This document shows positions 56,220 to 64,000 of a DNA stretch of 64,000 nt, piece after piece (position 1 is the stretch's first letter; each line of letters begins with the position of its first letter). This stretch comes from an uncultured Desulfospira sp. (GTDB lineage: Bacteria > Desulfobacterota > Desulfobacteria > Desulfobacterales > Desulfobacteraceae). Location of the stretch: assembly GCA_963663165.1 (NCBI GenBank), contig OY760175.1:3800153-3864152 (forward strand). The letters run 5' to 3'. A program made the translations under genes and the position numbers. The notes beneath the pieces are model-generated. The model saw only the letters and a list, made by a program, of their open reading frames with translations, had not been told where the DNA came from and ran no database searches.

Positions 56220-58820
56220 ATGGCAACAATAAAAACCAAAGATAAAACAGTTCTCAGGAGTCTCGGATTAGGTGGTTTTTTCGGGGGCGGTGCCGAAGGG
56301 ATGGTGGATGTTAAAAACGGCAAGATCGTCCGCGTTCGCCCCATGAGATACGGCTGGAAATACAAAGAAGACGATGTCCGGCAGTGGACCATTACCAAAG
56401 ACGGCAAATCCATTGGGCCCGGCTGGAAAAGCCTTCCCGGCCCCTTTTCCCTGGCTTACAAAAAACGGGTTTATTCCCCCAACCGGATCCTGTTCCCCCT
56501 AAAACGGGTGGACTGGGACCCCAACGGCGAACGCAACACCCAGAACCGGGGAAAAAGCAAATATAAACGGATTTCCTGGGATGAGGCCTCAGATCTGATT
56601 GCATCTGAAATCAAACGAATTCATAAAAAATACGGGGTCCACGCCATCCTGATGCAGGGTGACGGCCATGGCGAGTGCAAGTCTATTAACACCCCCCACG
56701 GCCATCCGGGAAACCTTCTGGACCACATGGGCGGGTTTACCCTTCAGGTCCGTAACCCGGACTCCTGGGAGGGCTGGTACTGGGGGGCCAAACATGTCTG
56801 GGGCCACGGGGTCCAGGGCAACATGTGGCCGGCCGCCAATACGGTAAAAGACTGTACCGAACACTCTGAAATGGTCCTGTTCTGGGGATGTGATCCCGAG
56901 ACCACGCCCTGGGGCTTTGCCGGACAGTTTGCCAGCCGGCTGTGCTATTTCTGGGAACAACTGGGAATCAAACAGGTCTATATCTGCCCGGACTTAAACT
57001 ATGGGGCTGCGGTTCATGCGGACAAGTGGATCCCCATCCTTCCCAATACGGACGCGGCCCTGCAACTGGCCATTGCCCATGTCTGGATCACTGAAAATCT
57101 TTATGACAAGGCTTATGTGGACACCCATGTGGTGGGCATGCAGGAATTTGCCGAGTATGTTCTGGGCGAAGAGGACGGCATTGAAAAAACACCGGAATGG
57201 GCATCCAGAAAATGCGGCATCCCGGAATGGACCATCAAAGCCTTAGCCCGGGAATTTGCCCGGAAGATTACCTCTATTGCCCATTATTTCGGCGGCGGAC
57301 TCATCAGGGGACCCTTTTCCCATGAAAACGCCCGTCTTGAGGTGGTTCTGCTGAGCATGCAGGGCCTTGGCGGCCCCGGGGTTCACCAGCTTCAGTTCAC
57401 CTATTTTGGCATGCCCAGAAAAGAGAACCTGGCCGGCGGTATCTGGAATCCGGATATTGAAGAACGGCTCTCCATCCCGGTCATGTCATCCATCAGCTCC
57501 TGGCAGAAACAGGCGCTTCCCAAATGCCTGGTCCATAAGGCCATCCAGGCTGAAGGGCCTATTACCTTCTGCGGGACCGGGGCCATTGAGGGGTTGACCC
57601 GGGACCAGTTCAACGAATACACCTTTCCCATCCCCAAAGAAGAAGAAGGCAGTGAGATCCACATGATGTGGACCGACACCCCCTGCCGGATCACCTGCTG
57701 GAACGGCGGCAATGAGACCGAGGTGGCGTTACGTAACCCTAAGGTTGAAACCATTGTGGCCCAGCACCCCTGGCTTGAAAATGACTGCCTCTACGCGGAC
57801 ATTATCCTGCCGTCCAACACCTCCTTTGAAGTGGATGACATTGTCACCAACGTGCGCCAGGGAACGCCCCAGCCCAATATCATGATCCAGGACAAGGCCA
57901 TTGAGCCCATCGGGGAATCCAAGAGTGACTTTGAGGTGGTGGTTGAAGTGGCCAAGAAAGTCGGCCTGGAAAAAGAGATGACCCAGGAACTGACCATTGC
58001 CGATCTGCAAAAGCGGATCTGGCATCACATGGGCGGCGAAAAGCTGCTTCCCTGGGAGCAGTTGGAAGAAAAGAAGTACTGGATGTACAATACCGCCAAA
58101 GACTGGGAAAATGATCCTCCGGGGCTGCGGCAGTTTTATGAAGACCCGGAACGGCATCGCCTGGGCACCCCCAGCGGCAAACTCGAATTTTATTCCGAGT
58201 CCCTGGCTGCCCGGTTTCCCGATGACCAGGAAAGACCGCCCATCCCCAAATGGATCGAAAAAAGCACCATGCACGACGAGCGCCTTTCCAGCAACCGCTC
58301 CAAAGTCTACCCCCTGCTGCTCATGTCCAACCACGGCCGCTGGCGGGTTCACTCCCAGTGCGACGACATTACCTGGACCAGGGAAGTGGGCACCTGCAAG
58401 GTTACCGGACCGGACGGGTACAAATACGAACCCTTATGGATGCACACCTCTGAAGCGGCAAAACGCGGCATAAAGAACGGGGACATCGTCAAAATCTTTA
58501 ATGAACGGGGAATTGTTCTGGCCGGCGCCTTTGTCACGGAACGCTTACGTCCCGGTGTTGTCTATATTGACCACGGTGCCCGTGCCGACGCCATCAAGGT
58601 CGGGGAAATTGACCGGGGCGGTGCCATCAACACCATATCCCCTGACGGCATCATCTCAAAGAACTGTGTGGGCCAGGCCACCAGCGGTTATCTGGTTCAG
58701 ATCGAGAAGCTCAGCGGGCATGAGATGGAACAATGGCGCAATGATTACCCGGATGCCTTTGAAAGGAAATATGATCCAGCCGCAGGTCTCAGGTTTGACG
58801 CATGGGTTGTAAAAGACTAA
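56220..58820 (+). CDS. Transhydroxylase-family Mo enzyme, alpha subunit 3 (divergent subgroup)
   Basis: 866 aa. Shows YSPNRILFPLKRVDWDPNGERNTQNRGKSKYKRISWDEASD, QGDGHGECK and RNPDSWEGWYWG. Colinear with alpha 2 and alpha 4. Confidence 0.85.
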   Translation: MATIKTKDKTVLRSLGLGGFFGGGAEGMVDVKNGKIVRVRPMRYGWKYKEDDVRQWTITKDGKSIGPGWKSLPGPFSLAYKKRVYSPNRILFPLKRVDWDPNGERNTQNRGKSKYKRISWDEASDLIASEIKRIHKKYGVHAILMQGDGHGECKSINTPHGHPGNLLDHMGGFTLQVRNPDSWEGWYWGAKHVWGHGVQGNMWPAANTVKDCTEHSEMVLFWGCDPETTPWGFAGQFASRLCYFWEQLGIKQVYICPDLNYGAAVHADKWIPILPNTDAALQLAIAHVWITENLYDKAYVDTHVVGMQEFAEYVLGEEDGIEKTPEWASRKCGIPEWTIKALAREFARKITSIAHYFGGGLIRGPFSHENARLEVVLLSMQGLGGPGVHQLQFTYFGMPRKENLAGGIWNPDIEERLSIPVMSSISSWQKQALPKCLVHKAIQAEGPITFCGTGAIEGLTRDQFNEYTFPIPKEEEGSEIHMMWTDTPCRITCWNGGNETEVALRNPKVETIVAQHPWLENDCLYADIILPSNTSFEVDDIVTNVRQGTPQPNIMIQDKAIEPIGESKSDFEVVVEVAKKVGLEKEMTQELTIADLQKRIWHHMGGEKLLPWEQLEEKKYWMYNTAKDWENDPPGLRQFYEDPERHRLGTPSGKLEFYSESLAARFPDDQERPPIPKWIEKSTMHDERLSSNRSKVYPLLLMSNHGRWRVHSQCDDITWTREVGTCKVTGPDGYKYEPLWMHTSEAAKRGIKNGDIVKIFNERGIVLAGAFVTERLRPGVVYIDHGARADAIKVGEIDRGGAINTISPDGIISKNCVGQATSGYLVQIEKLSGHEMEQWRNDYPDAFERKYDPAAGLRFDAWVVKD

Positions 58821-58874
58821 TATAGAGGCAGTCAGTGAAACAACTTACGCCTAAGAGACAAATAAGGAGATAAA

Positions 58875-59696
58875 ATGGCCATTATAACAATTACAAAAGC
58901 CTCATACAGCAGCGGTGAACAAATTGCCGAACGTCTCTCCAAACGGTTAAAATACCCCTGGATGGGAAGACGGGAACTGTTTGCCCGTGCGTCTGAAGAT
59001 TTTCATTTTCCTGAAAAAGACCTGGTCGAGGCCGTGGAAGAACCGGCCAAGATCTGGCAGCAGGACCGTGAAAAGCAGGCGGCCAACTACAATTTAATCC
59101 GGGCAACCTTTCTCAAACGGTGCAGCGAAGAAAAAGGGAATCTCGTTTACCACGGCCATGCCGGCCCGGAATTTGTCAGACGGATTCCCCATGCCTTGCG
59201 GATACTGGTGGTCGGAGAAATGGAATACCGGATTGAACAGGCCATGAAAATAGACGGCCTGGACCGGGACAAGGCGATTGAAACCATTCACAAAAACGAC
59301 AAACGGGTCACCAAATGGTCCCAGCAGATGCATACCGTCAACTGGCGGGATTTCTCCTGGTACGATATGGTCTTTCACCTTGGCCGCCTGAGCGCCGAAA
59401 GCGCGGAAGAAGCGGTGGTTGGCATCATCGAATCCGGCGGGTTTAACATTACGGAAGAGTCTAAAAAAGCCTTTTATGATGAATATCTGGGCAGCGTTGT
59501 CTGGACCAAGCTGACCAATAATGATGAGACCAGCAGCGCCGTTATTGAGACCATTGCCGAACATGGCCGGGTTACCATTTCAGGGGTGGCGCGCTCTAAA
59601 GAGCAAAAAGAGGCCATCACGGCTTTGACCGCTTCCATCGAAGGGGTTGAAAGTGTGCAGAACAACGTCGGCATCGGCGCCATCTGGCGCTCCTAA
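58875..59696 (+). CDS. Cytidylate-kinase-like (P-loop-like) domain fused to a BON domain
   Basis: 273 aa. The N-terminal MAIITITKASYSSGEQIAERLSKRL resembles the cytidylate kinase-like family. The C-terminal GRVTISGVARSKEQKEAITALTASIEGVESVQNNV is BON-like. Confidence 0.55.
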   Translation: MAIITITKASYSSGEQIAERLSKRLKYPWMGRRELFARASEDFHFPEKDLVEAVEEPAKIWQQDREKQAANYNLIRATFLKRCSEEKGNLVYHGHAGPEFVRRIPHALRILVVGEMEYRIEQAMKIDGLDRDKAIETIHKNDKRVTKWSQQMHTVNWRDFSWYDMVFHLGRLSAESAEEAVVGIIESGGFNITEESKKAFYDEYLGSVVWTKLTNNDETSSAVIETIAEHGRVTISGVARSKEQKEAITALTASIEGVESVQNNVGIGAIWRS

Positions 59697-59876
59697 GCAA
59701 AAAGCGTTAAGGCCTTTCCTAAAAAAGAGGCCGGACATGAATTGTGCCGGTATCTTAACGGTGCTGGATGGATCTGTTTTTTAAACCATGAAGAACAAGG
59801 AGAGCATGAAGCAACAAATACTTCATGCTCTTCATGTTCCGGGTAAATATTTTGACTCATGAATTTGGAGATAAGT

Positions 59877-60395
59877 ATGATAAAACCCATTCAATCGATT
59901 CTTTTTGCCACAAATTTGAACAAAACCTGTATCCCGGCTCTTGAAATGGCCGCCGCCATGGCCACCCGGCATCAGGCCACCCTGGTGCTGATGCACGTGG
60001 TGGAACAGATGCCCGAATACATTGAAACCCGCCTCAAAGGGCTGTTCGGCGAACAGGAGTATGAGGATATGGTTCAAAAAAAATCCAATACCGCCCGTGC
60101 GGCCCTGATCGGCAAAATCTCTGCTTCCGGCCTTGTCCGGGAGGCCCTTGAACAATTTTGCGCCAATGCCGGCATAGATGATGATGCCTGTGATTACCAG
60201 GCCAGGGAAATTGTGGTGACCGGGGGCAATCTGGTGGAAGAAATCATTGCCACCTCAAAAAAATACGATTGCGGTTTCATTGTCATGGGGGCAAGAGAAG
60301 GGTTCCTTACCGACAATTCCATCGGCCATACCATCAAATCGGTCATGCGCCGGTCTAAAATTCCGGTAATGATGGTCCCCCCGCCCCAGGAATAA
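59877..60395 (+). CDS. Universal stress protein (UspA family)
   Basis: ATG at 59877 after GGAG. IQSILFATNL...ATLVLMHVV...CGFIVMGAREG...IGHTIKSVMRRSKIPVMMV is the USP pattern. Confidence 0.75.
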   Translation: MIKPIQSILFATNLNKTCIPALEMAAAMATRHQATLVLMHVVEQMPEYIETRLKGLFGEQEYEDMVQKKSNTARAALIGKISASGLVREALEQFCANAGIDDDACDYQAREIVVTGGNLVEEIIATSKKYDCGFIVMGAREGFLTDNSIGHTIKSVMRRSKIPVMMVPPPQE

Positions 60396-60413
60396 TGGGC
60401 TTGTTACAGGTAA

Positions 60414-61061
60414 ATGGGGATGGATAAAATTAAATTAGATACCGTTTTATCCCGGGTTGGGAGGTTAAAGGAATATGCCAGAAATCAGATCATTTATCGG
60501 CAGATGGAAGAACCTTCCGGACTCTTTTTTATCAAAAAGGGCAAGGTCAGAAATTATATTGTCACTGAAGACGGAAAAGAGAAGACCTGTACCATATCCA
60601 TTGAGGGGGAATTTTTCGGGCTGGCCTATTTTTTCGATGACGGATTAAACGATACATCGGCCCATGCCATGGAAAAGTCCCAGATTTATACCATCGGCCA
60701 TGACGGGATGGAGCATATCTATCGCCATGAGCATGATGTGGTGGTACAGATCCTCAAATCAATGGCCCAGAAAATGCGGTTCCTCTCTTTTCAGATGACC
60801 AGCCTGGCCTTCCTGTCTGCTGACCGGAAAATTGCACAAATGCTGGTTCACCTTGCCGAGCGGTTCCATCCCCCAGAGCCGGACCCGTTCCCGATTACCA
60901 TCAACTGTACCCATGAAGATATCGCCCTGCTGTCCAGCACCTCCCGGACAACGGTTACCCAGGTGCTCAACGACCTGGAAAAAAGGCATCTGGTTTCAAA
61001 AGGATACCGGTCTGTCATTATCCATGATCTGGAAACCATGAAACGCATTATTTTTGAATAA
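60414..61061 (+). CDS. Crp/Fnr-family transcriptional regulator
   Basis: 215 aa with a cNMP-binding-like beta-roll (LFFIKKGKVRNYIVTEDGKEKT...GEFFG). C-terminal HTH (THEDIALLSSTSRTTVTQVLNDLEKRHLV). Confidence 0.8.
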   Translation: MGMDKIKLDTVLSRVGRLKEYARNQIIYRQMEEPSGLFFIKKGKVRNYIVTEDGKEKTCTISIEGEFFGLAYFFDDGLNDTSAHAMEKSQIYTIGHDGMEHIYRHEHDVVVQILKSMAQKMRFLSFQMTSLAFLSADRKIAQMLVHLAERFHPPEPDPFPITINCTHEDIALLSSTSRTTVTQVLNDLEKRHLVSKGYRSVIIHDLETMKRIIFE

Positions 61062-61070
61062 TCGGCTGTA

Positions 61071-61166
61071 ATTGTCGTCTTCAGTACAGTCATGGCGCCC
61101 CGTTTCTGAGAAGATGATAACCATCAGCATAGCAAATTAAAAATTTAAGAAGTTCCCGGCAATAAT
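61071..61166 (+). promoter_or_regulatory. Duplicated leader motif (copy 2) upstream of alpha 4
   Basis: Same three blocks as 55088-55170. TGTCGTCTTCAGTACA lies at 61073-61088, 10 nt after the Crp/Fnr gene stop and about 105 nt before the ATG at 61194. Confidence 0.4.
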
Positions 61167-61193
61167 CTCTTTTAATGATAGGAGTACCATCTT

Positions 61194-63779
61194 ATGCCCA
61201 GTCAAGACAAAGAGCACGAGATTGAGAAATCAATATTCAGAGGGCTTGGCTTTTGTTCAATCACCGCAGATGCCAACAGTGTCCAGGTGGACTGCAACAA
61301 AGGCAAAATCATCCGAATACGCCCCCTTCGCTATGATTTAAAATACCCGGACATCACCCCATGGGAAATCAAAGCAAAGGGAAAGAGTTTTTCCCCGTTG
61401 AAAAAATCACTGATTCCCCCCTACAGCCTGGGATACAAGAACCGGGTATATTCCCCCAACCGGGTTCTGTTCCCCATGAAACGGGTGGACTGGGACCCCA
61501 ATGGCAACCGCAATCCCCAGAACAGGGGAAAAAGCAAATACGAGCGGATCAGCTGGGAAGACGCCATTGAGATCATGTACAACGAAATCAACCGGGTAAA
61601 AGAAACCCACGGTATGGAGGCGATCCTGTCCCAGTCCGACGGCCACGGGGAAACCAAATGCGTCCACTCGGCCCATGGCTGCCACAGACGGTTGTTAAGC
61701 CTTCTGGGCGGATACACCCTCCAGACCCGGAATACCGACTCCTGGGAAGGCTGGGTATGGGGCGCCAAACATGTCTGGGGCTGTGAGAACTTAGGCGAAA
61801 TGGTACCGGTCAACAACGTTATCGAGGATGTGGCCAACAATTGTGACGCGGTCTTCTACTGGGGCTGCGACCCTGAGACCACCCCCTGGGGCTTTGACGG
61901 ACAGCTGGCCAGCCGCATCTGCTACTGGTTTACCGAAGTGGGTGTTAAATCCCTTTATGTGTGTCCGGACCTGAACTACGGGGCAGCGGTTCATTCAGAC
62001 AAGTGGGTTCCCATCTACCCCAACACCGACGCCGCCCTTTACCTTGCCATCGCTTACATGTGGATGATTGAAGGCACTTACAACAAAGAATATATCAAGA
62101 CCCACGCCGTGGGATTTGACAAGTTTGAAGAATATGTCCTGGGCAAAGAAGACGGGATTGCCAAAACCCCCAAATGGGCCGCTGAAATTACCGGCATTCC
62201 CTCTTACACCATCAAGGCTTTGGCCCGGTACTGGGGAAAGAAAACCGTGTCCATTGCCATTGGCAACGGCGGCCCGGGCATCCGGGGACCCTATGCCACG
62301 GAACCTGCCCGGCTCCAGGTGCTGCTGCTGGCCATGCAGGGTCTTGGCGGCCCCGGGGTTCACCAGTTCAAAATGATCGAATGGGGCATTTACAATAAAA
62401 AGCACAATATCCCGTTGCCCCCGCCGTCCAAATATATCCCCGTACTTTTGGACGCCAACCGGGGATGGAAGTATCAGGATACCCCCCGGCAGTTTATTCC
62501 CAAAAACCGGATCCACGACGCCATCCTGAACCCGCCCATCACCTGGTACGGCACAGGCCTGTCTCGGGACAGTGTAGAACAGCAGTTCATCCCCTACAAA
62601 TATCCCCTTGACGATGCCCCGGAAGTTCACATGATCTGGACTGACTCCCCCTCATGGATGAGCTGCTGGAACGATACCAACATGCTGGTCAAAGCATTTA
62701 GAAGTGAAAAAATTGAATTTATTGTGGCCCAGCATCCATGGATTGAAAACGACTGCCAGCTGGCCGACCTGATCCTGCCCTCGGCCACGGTCATGGAAGT
62801 TAAAGACATTGGTGTGGAAACTATGAGCGGCCAGTTCTCCTGCGTCTTTTATGAAGACCAGGCCATCCGTCTGCGGGGAGAATCCAAAAGCGATTATGAA
62901 ATCGTCTGCGCCATTGCCGAGCGGTTCGGCATCCTGGATGAATACACCCAGGGCAAAAGCGTGGATGAATGGATTGAACGCGGCCATGAGACCTCAGGGG
63001 CCGGCGATGAAATCACTTTTGAAGAGCTCAAGGAAAAAGGCTACTACGTGGTTCCGCCCGACACCAGCGAACGGGGAACCAAGGCCGGAAAGTACGAATT
63101 CTATGAAGACCCGGAAAAATATCCCCTGTCAACGCCGTCGGGAAAAATCGAGTTTTACTCAGAACGGCTGGCCACCCATTTCCCCGATGACAACGAACGT
63201 CCGCCGGTGCCCCGGTATATTGCCTCAGGCGAATCCCATCAGGAAGACCGCTTAGGGCCCCGGGGAAAAGCGTATCCGCTGCTGGTGGTCTCCAACCACC
63301 CCAAATGGCGGGTCCACTCCCAGCATGACGACATGACCTGGCTTAGAGAAATCCATACCTGCAAGGTTAAAGGTCCGGACGGCTACCAGTACGAACCGGC
63401 CTGGCTCCACCCGGTGGAAGCTGAAAAAAGAGGCATCAAAGACGGCGATGTTGTGATCATCCGCAATGAGCGCGGTAGTGTCATGGCCGGTGCCTGGGTT
63501 ACCGAACGGCTGCGGCCGGATGTGGTTTACATTGACCATGGCGCCCGCTGGGATCCCATTGTCCCGGGCGAACTTGACCGGGGCGGTGCCATCAACACCA
63601 TCACCCCCCATAACGTGACCTCAAAACATGCCGGCGGCATGGTGAGCAGCGGCTTTCTGGTTGAGGTGGAAAAAGCCGACTTGGATGAGCTGCGCAAGCA
63701 ATATCCGGAAAGCTTTAACCAACCCTACCATGACGGGGCAGGACTGCACTCACAGCGCATTATCAATGGAGGAGAGTAA
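61194..63779 (+). CDS. Transhydroxylase-family Mo enzyme, alpha subunit 4 (divergent subgroup)
   Basis: 861 aa. Shows YSPNRVLFPMKRVDWDPNGNRNPQNRGKSKYERISWEDAIE, QSDGHGETKC and RNTDSWEGWVWG. RBS AGGAG. Confidence 0.85.
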   Translation: MPSQDKEHEIEKSIFRGLGFCSITADANSVQVDCNKGKIIRIRPLRYDLKYPDITPWEIKAKGKSFSPLKKSLIPPYSLGYKNRVYSPNRVLFPMKRVDWDPNGNRNPQNRGKSKYERISWEDAIEIMYNEINRVKETHGMEAILSQSDGHGETKCVHSAHGCHRRLLSLLGGYTLQTRNTDSWEGWVWGAKHVWGCENLGEMVPVNNVIEDVANNCDAVFYWGCDPETTPWGFDGQLASRICYWFTEVGVKSLYVCPDLNYGAAVHSDKWVPIYPNTDAALYLAIAYMWMIEGTYNKEYIKTHAVGFDKFEEYVLGKEDGIAKTPKWAAEITGIPSYTIKALARYWGKKTVSIAIGNGGPGIRGPYATEPARLQVLLLAMQGLGGPGVHQFKMIEWGIYNKKHNIPLPPPSKYIPVLLDANRGWKYQDTPRQFIPKNRIHDAILNPPITWYGTGLSRDSVEQQFIPYKYPLDDAPEVHMIWTDSPSWMSCWNDTNMLVKAFRSEKIEFIVAQHPWIENDCQLADLILPSATVMEVKDIGVETMSGQFSCVFYEDQAIRLRGESKSDYEIVCAIAERFGILDEYTQGKSVDEWIERGHETSGAGDEITFEELKEKGYYVVPPDTSERGTKAGKYEFYEDPEKYPLSTPSGKIEFYSERLATHFPDDNERPPVPRYIASGESHQEDRLGPRGKAYPLLVVSNHPKWRVHSQHDDMTWLREIHTCKVKGPDGYQYEPAWLHPVEAEKRGIKDGDVVIIRNERGSVMAGAWVTERLRPDVVYIDHGARWDPIVPGELDRGGAINTITPHNVTSKHAGGMVSSGFLVEVEKADLDELRKQYPESFNQPYHDGAGLHSQRIINGGE

Positions 63780-63781
63780 CT

Positions 63782-64000
63782 ATGGCGAAAGTATTAATCT
63801 TTGATGTAAATAAGTGCAACGGCTGTCATAACTGCCAGATCGCCTGCAAGGATGAACACTGCGGCAATGACTGGCAGCCCATAGCCGCCCCGCAACCGCT
63901 GACCGGCCAGTTCTGGTGTAAAATCCATGATAAGGTAAGGGGCCAGGTGCCCAAGGTCAAAGTGGCCTATACCCTGAACATCTGCCGGCATTGCGACGAT
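63782..64000 (+). CDS. FeS beta subunit 4 (5' part only, runs off window)
   Basis: Own translation: MAKVLIFDVNKCNGCHNCQIACKDEHCGNDWQPIAAPQPLTGQFWCKIHDKVRGQVPKVKVAYTLNICRHCDD. The ATG lies 2 nt after the alpha 4 stop. Confidence 0.8.
   Translation, partial: MAKVLIFDVNKCNGCHNCQIACKDEHCGNDWQPIAAPQPLTGQFWCKIHDKVRGQVPKVKVAYTLNICRHCDD

Noticed and set aside
61071-61193. A Moco or other known riboswitch in the conserved alpha-gene leader.
   Set aside because: I cannot match the blocks to the Moco RNA consensus from memory, and the element is short. It is retained only as an unclassified leader motif.
44181-63779. Selenocysteine recoding or Tat export in the Mo enzyme alpha subunits.
   Set aside because: All alpha ORFs are uninterrupted with no in-frame TGA. 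None has an RR-x-F-L-K type leader.

Overview
Accessory-rich chromosomal region from an anaerobe, possibly a sulfate-reducer-type deltaproteobacterium (inferred from gene content only, low confidence). No rRNA, tRNA or CRISPR array was seen. Layout: (1) 1-13 kb holds a DUF4143 AAA+ ATPase, a MoxR/DUF58/DUF4129 operon, a roughly 1100-aa secreted cadherin-like/beta-helix protein with two small exported neighbours, and a TonB-dependent receptor with a DUF4198 protein. (2) 13-18 kb holds a cyclase-family protein, a tandem-Lrp/AsnC regulator, a cupin, an SDR and an MFS transporter. This is a candidate phloroglucinol reductase/ring-opening module. (3) 18-28 kb holds a PAS-LuxR regulator, a TRAP transporter, and a cytoplasmic molybdopterin enzyme with a ferredoxin subunit and an FAD/NAD oxidoreductase. 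(4) 28-40 kb is a decayed defence/mobile patch. It contains a higBA remnant and a type I R-M operon (hsdR, an embedded AlbA_2/Schlafen-like gene, hsdM, and hsdS with an in-frame TAG). It also contains a head-on junction of two truncated genes, a TumE/TumA-like toxin-antitoxin pair, an MscS channel, and two MITE families with clear TIRs and 8-bp target-site duplications. (5) 40-64 kb is the most interesting part. It carries four intact and one decayed alpha/beta gene pairs of cytoplasmic Mo enzymes resembling pyrogallol-phloroglucinol transhydroxylase. With them are a TRAP transporter, an orphan paralogous binding protein, a second tandem-Lrp/AsnC regulator, a Crp/Fnr regulator and a duplicated leader motif. 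Several dispersed repeat families punctuate the intergenic regions. All homology calls come from motif recognition by eye; no searches were run.
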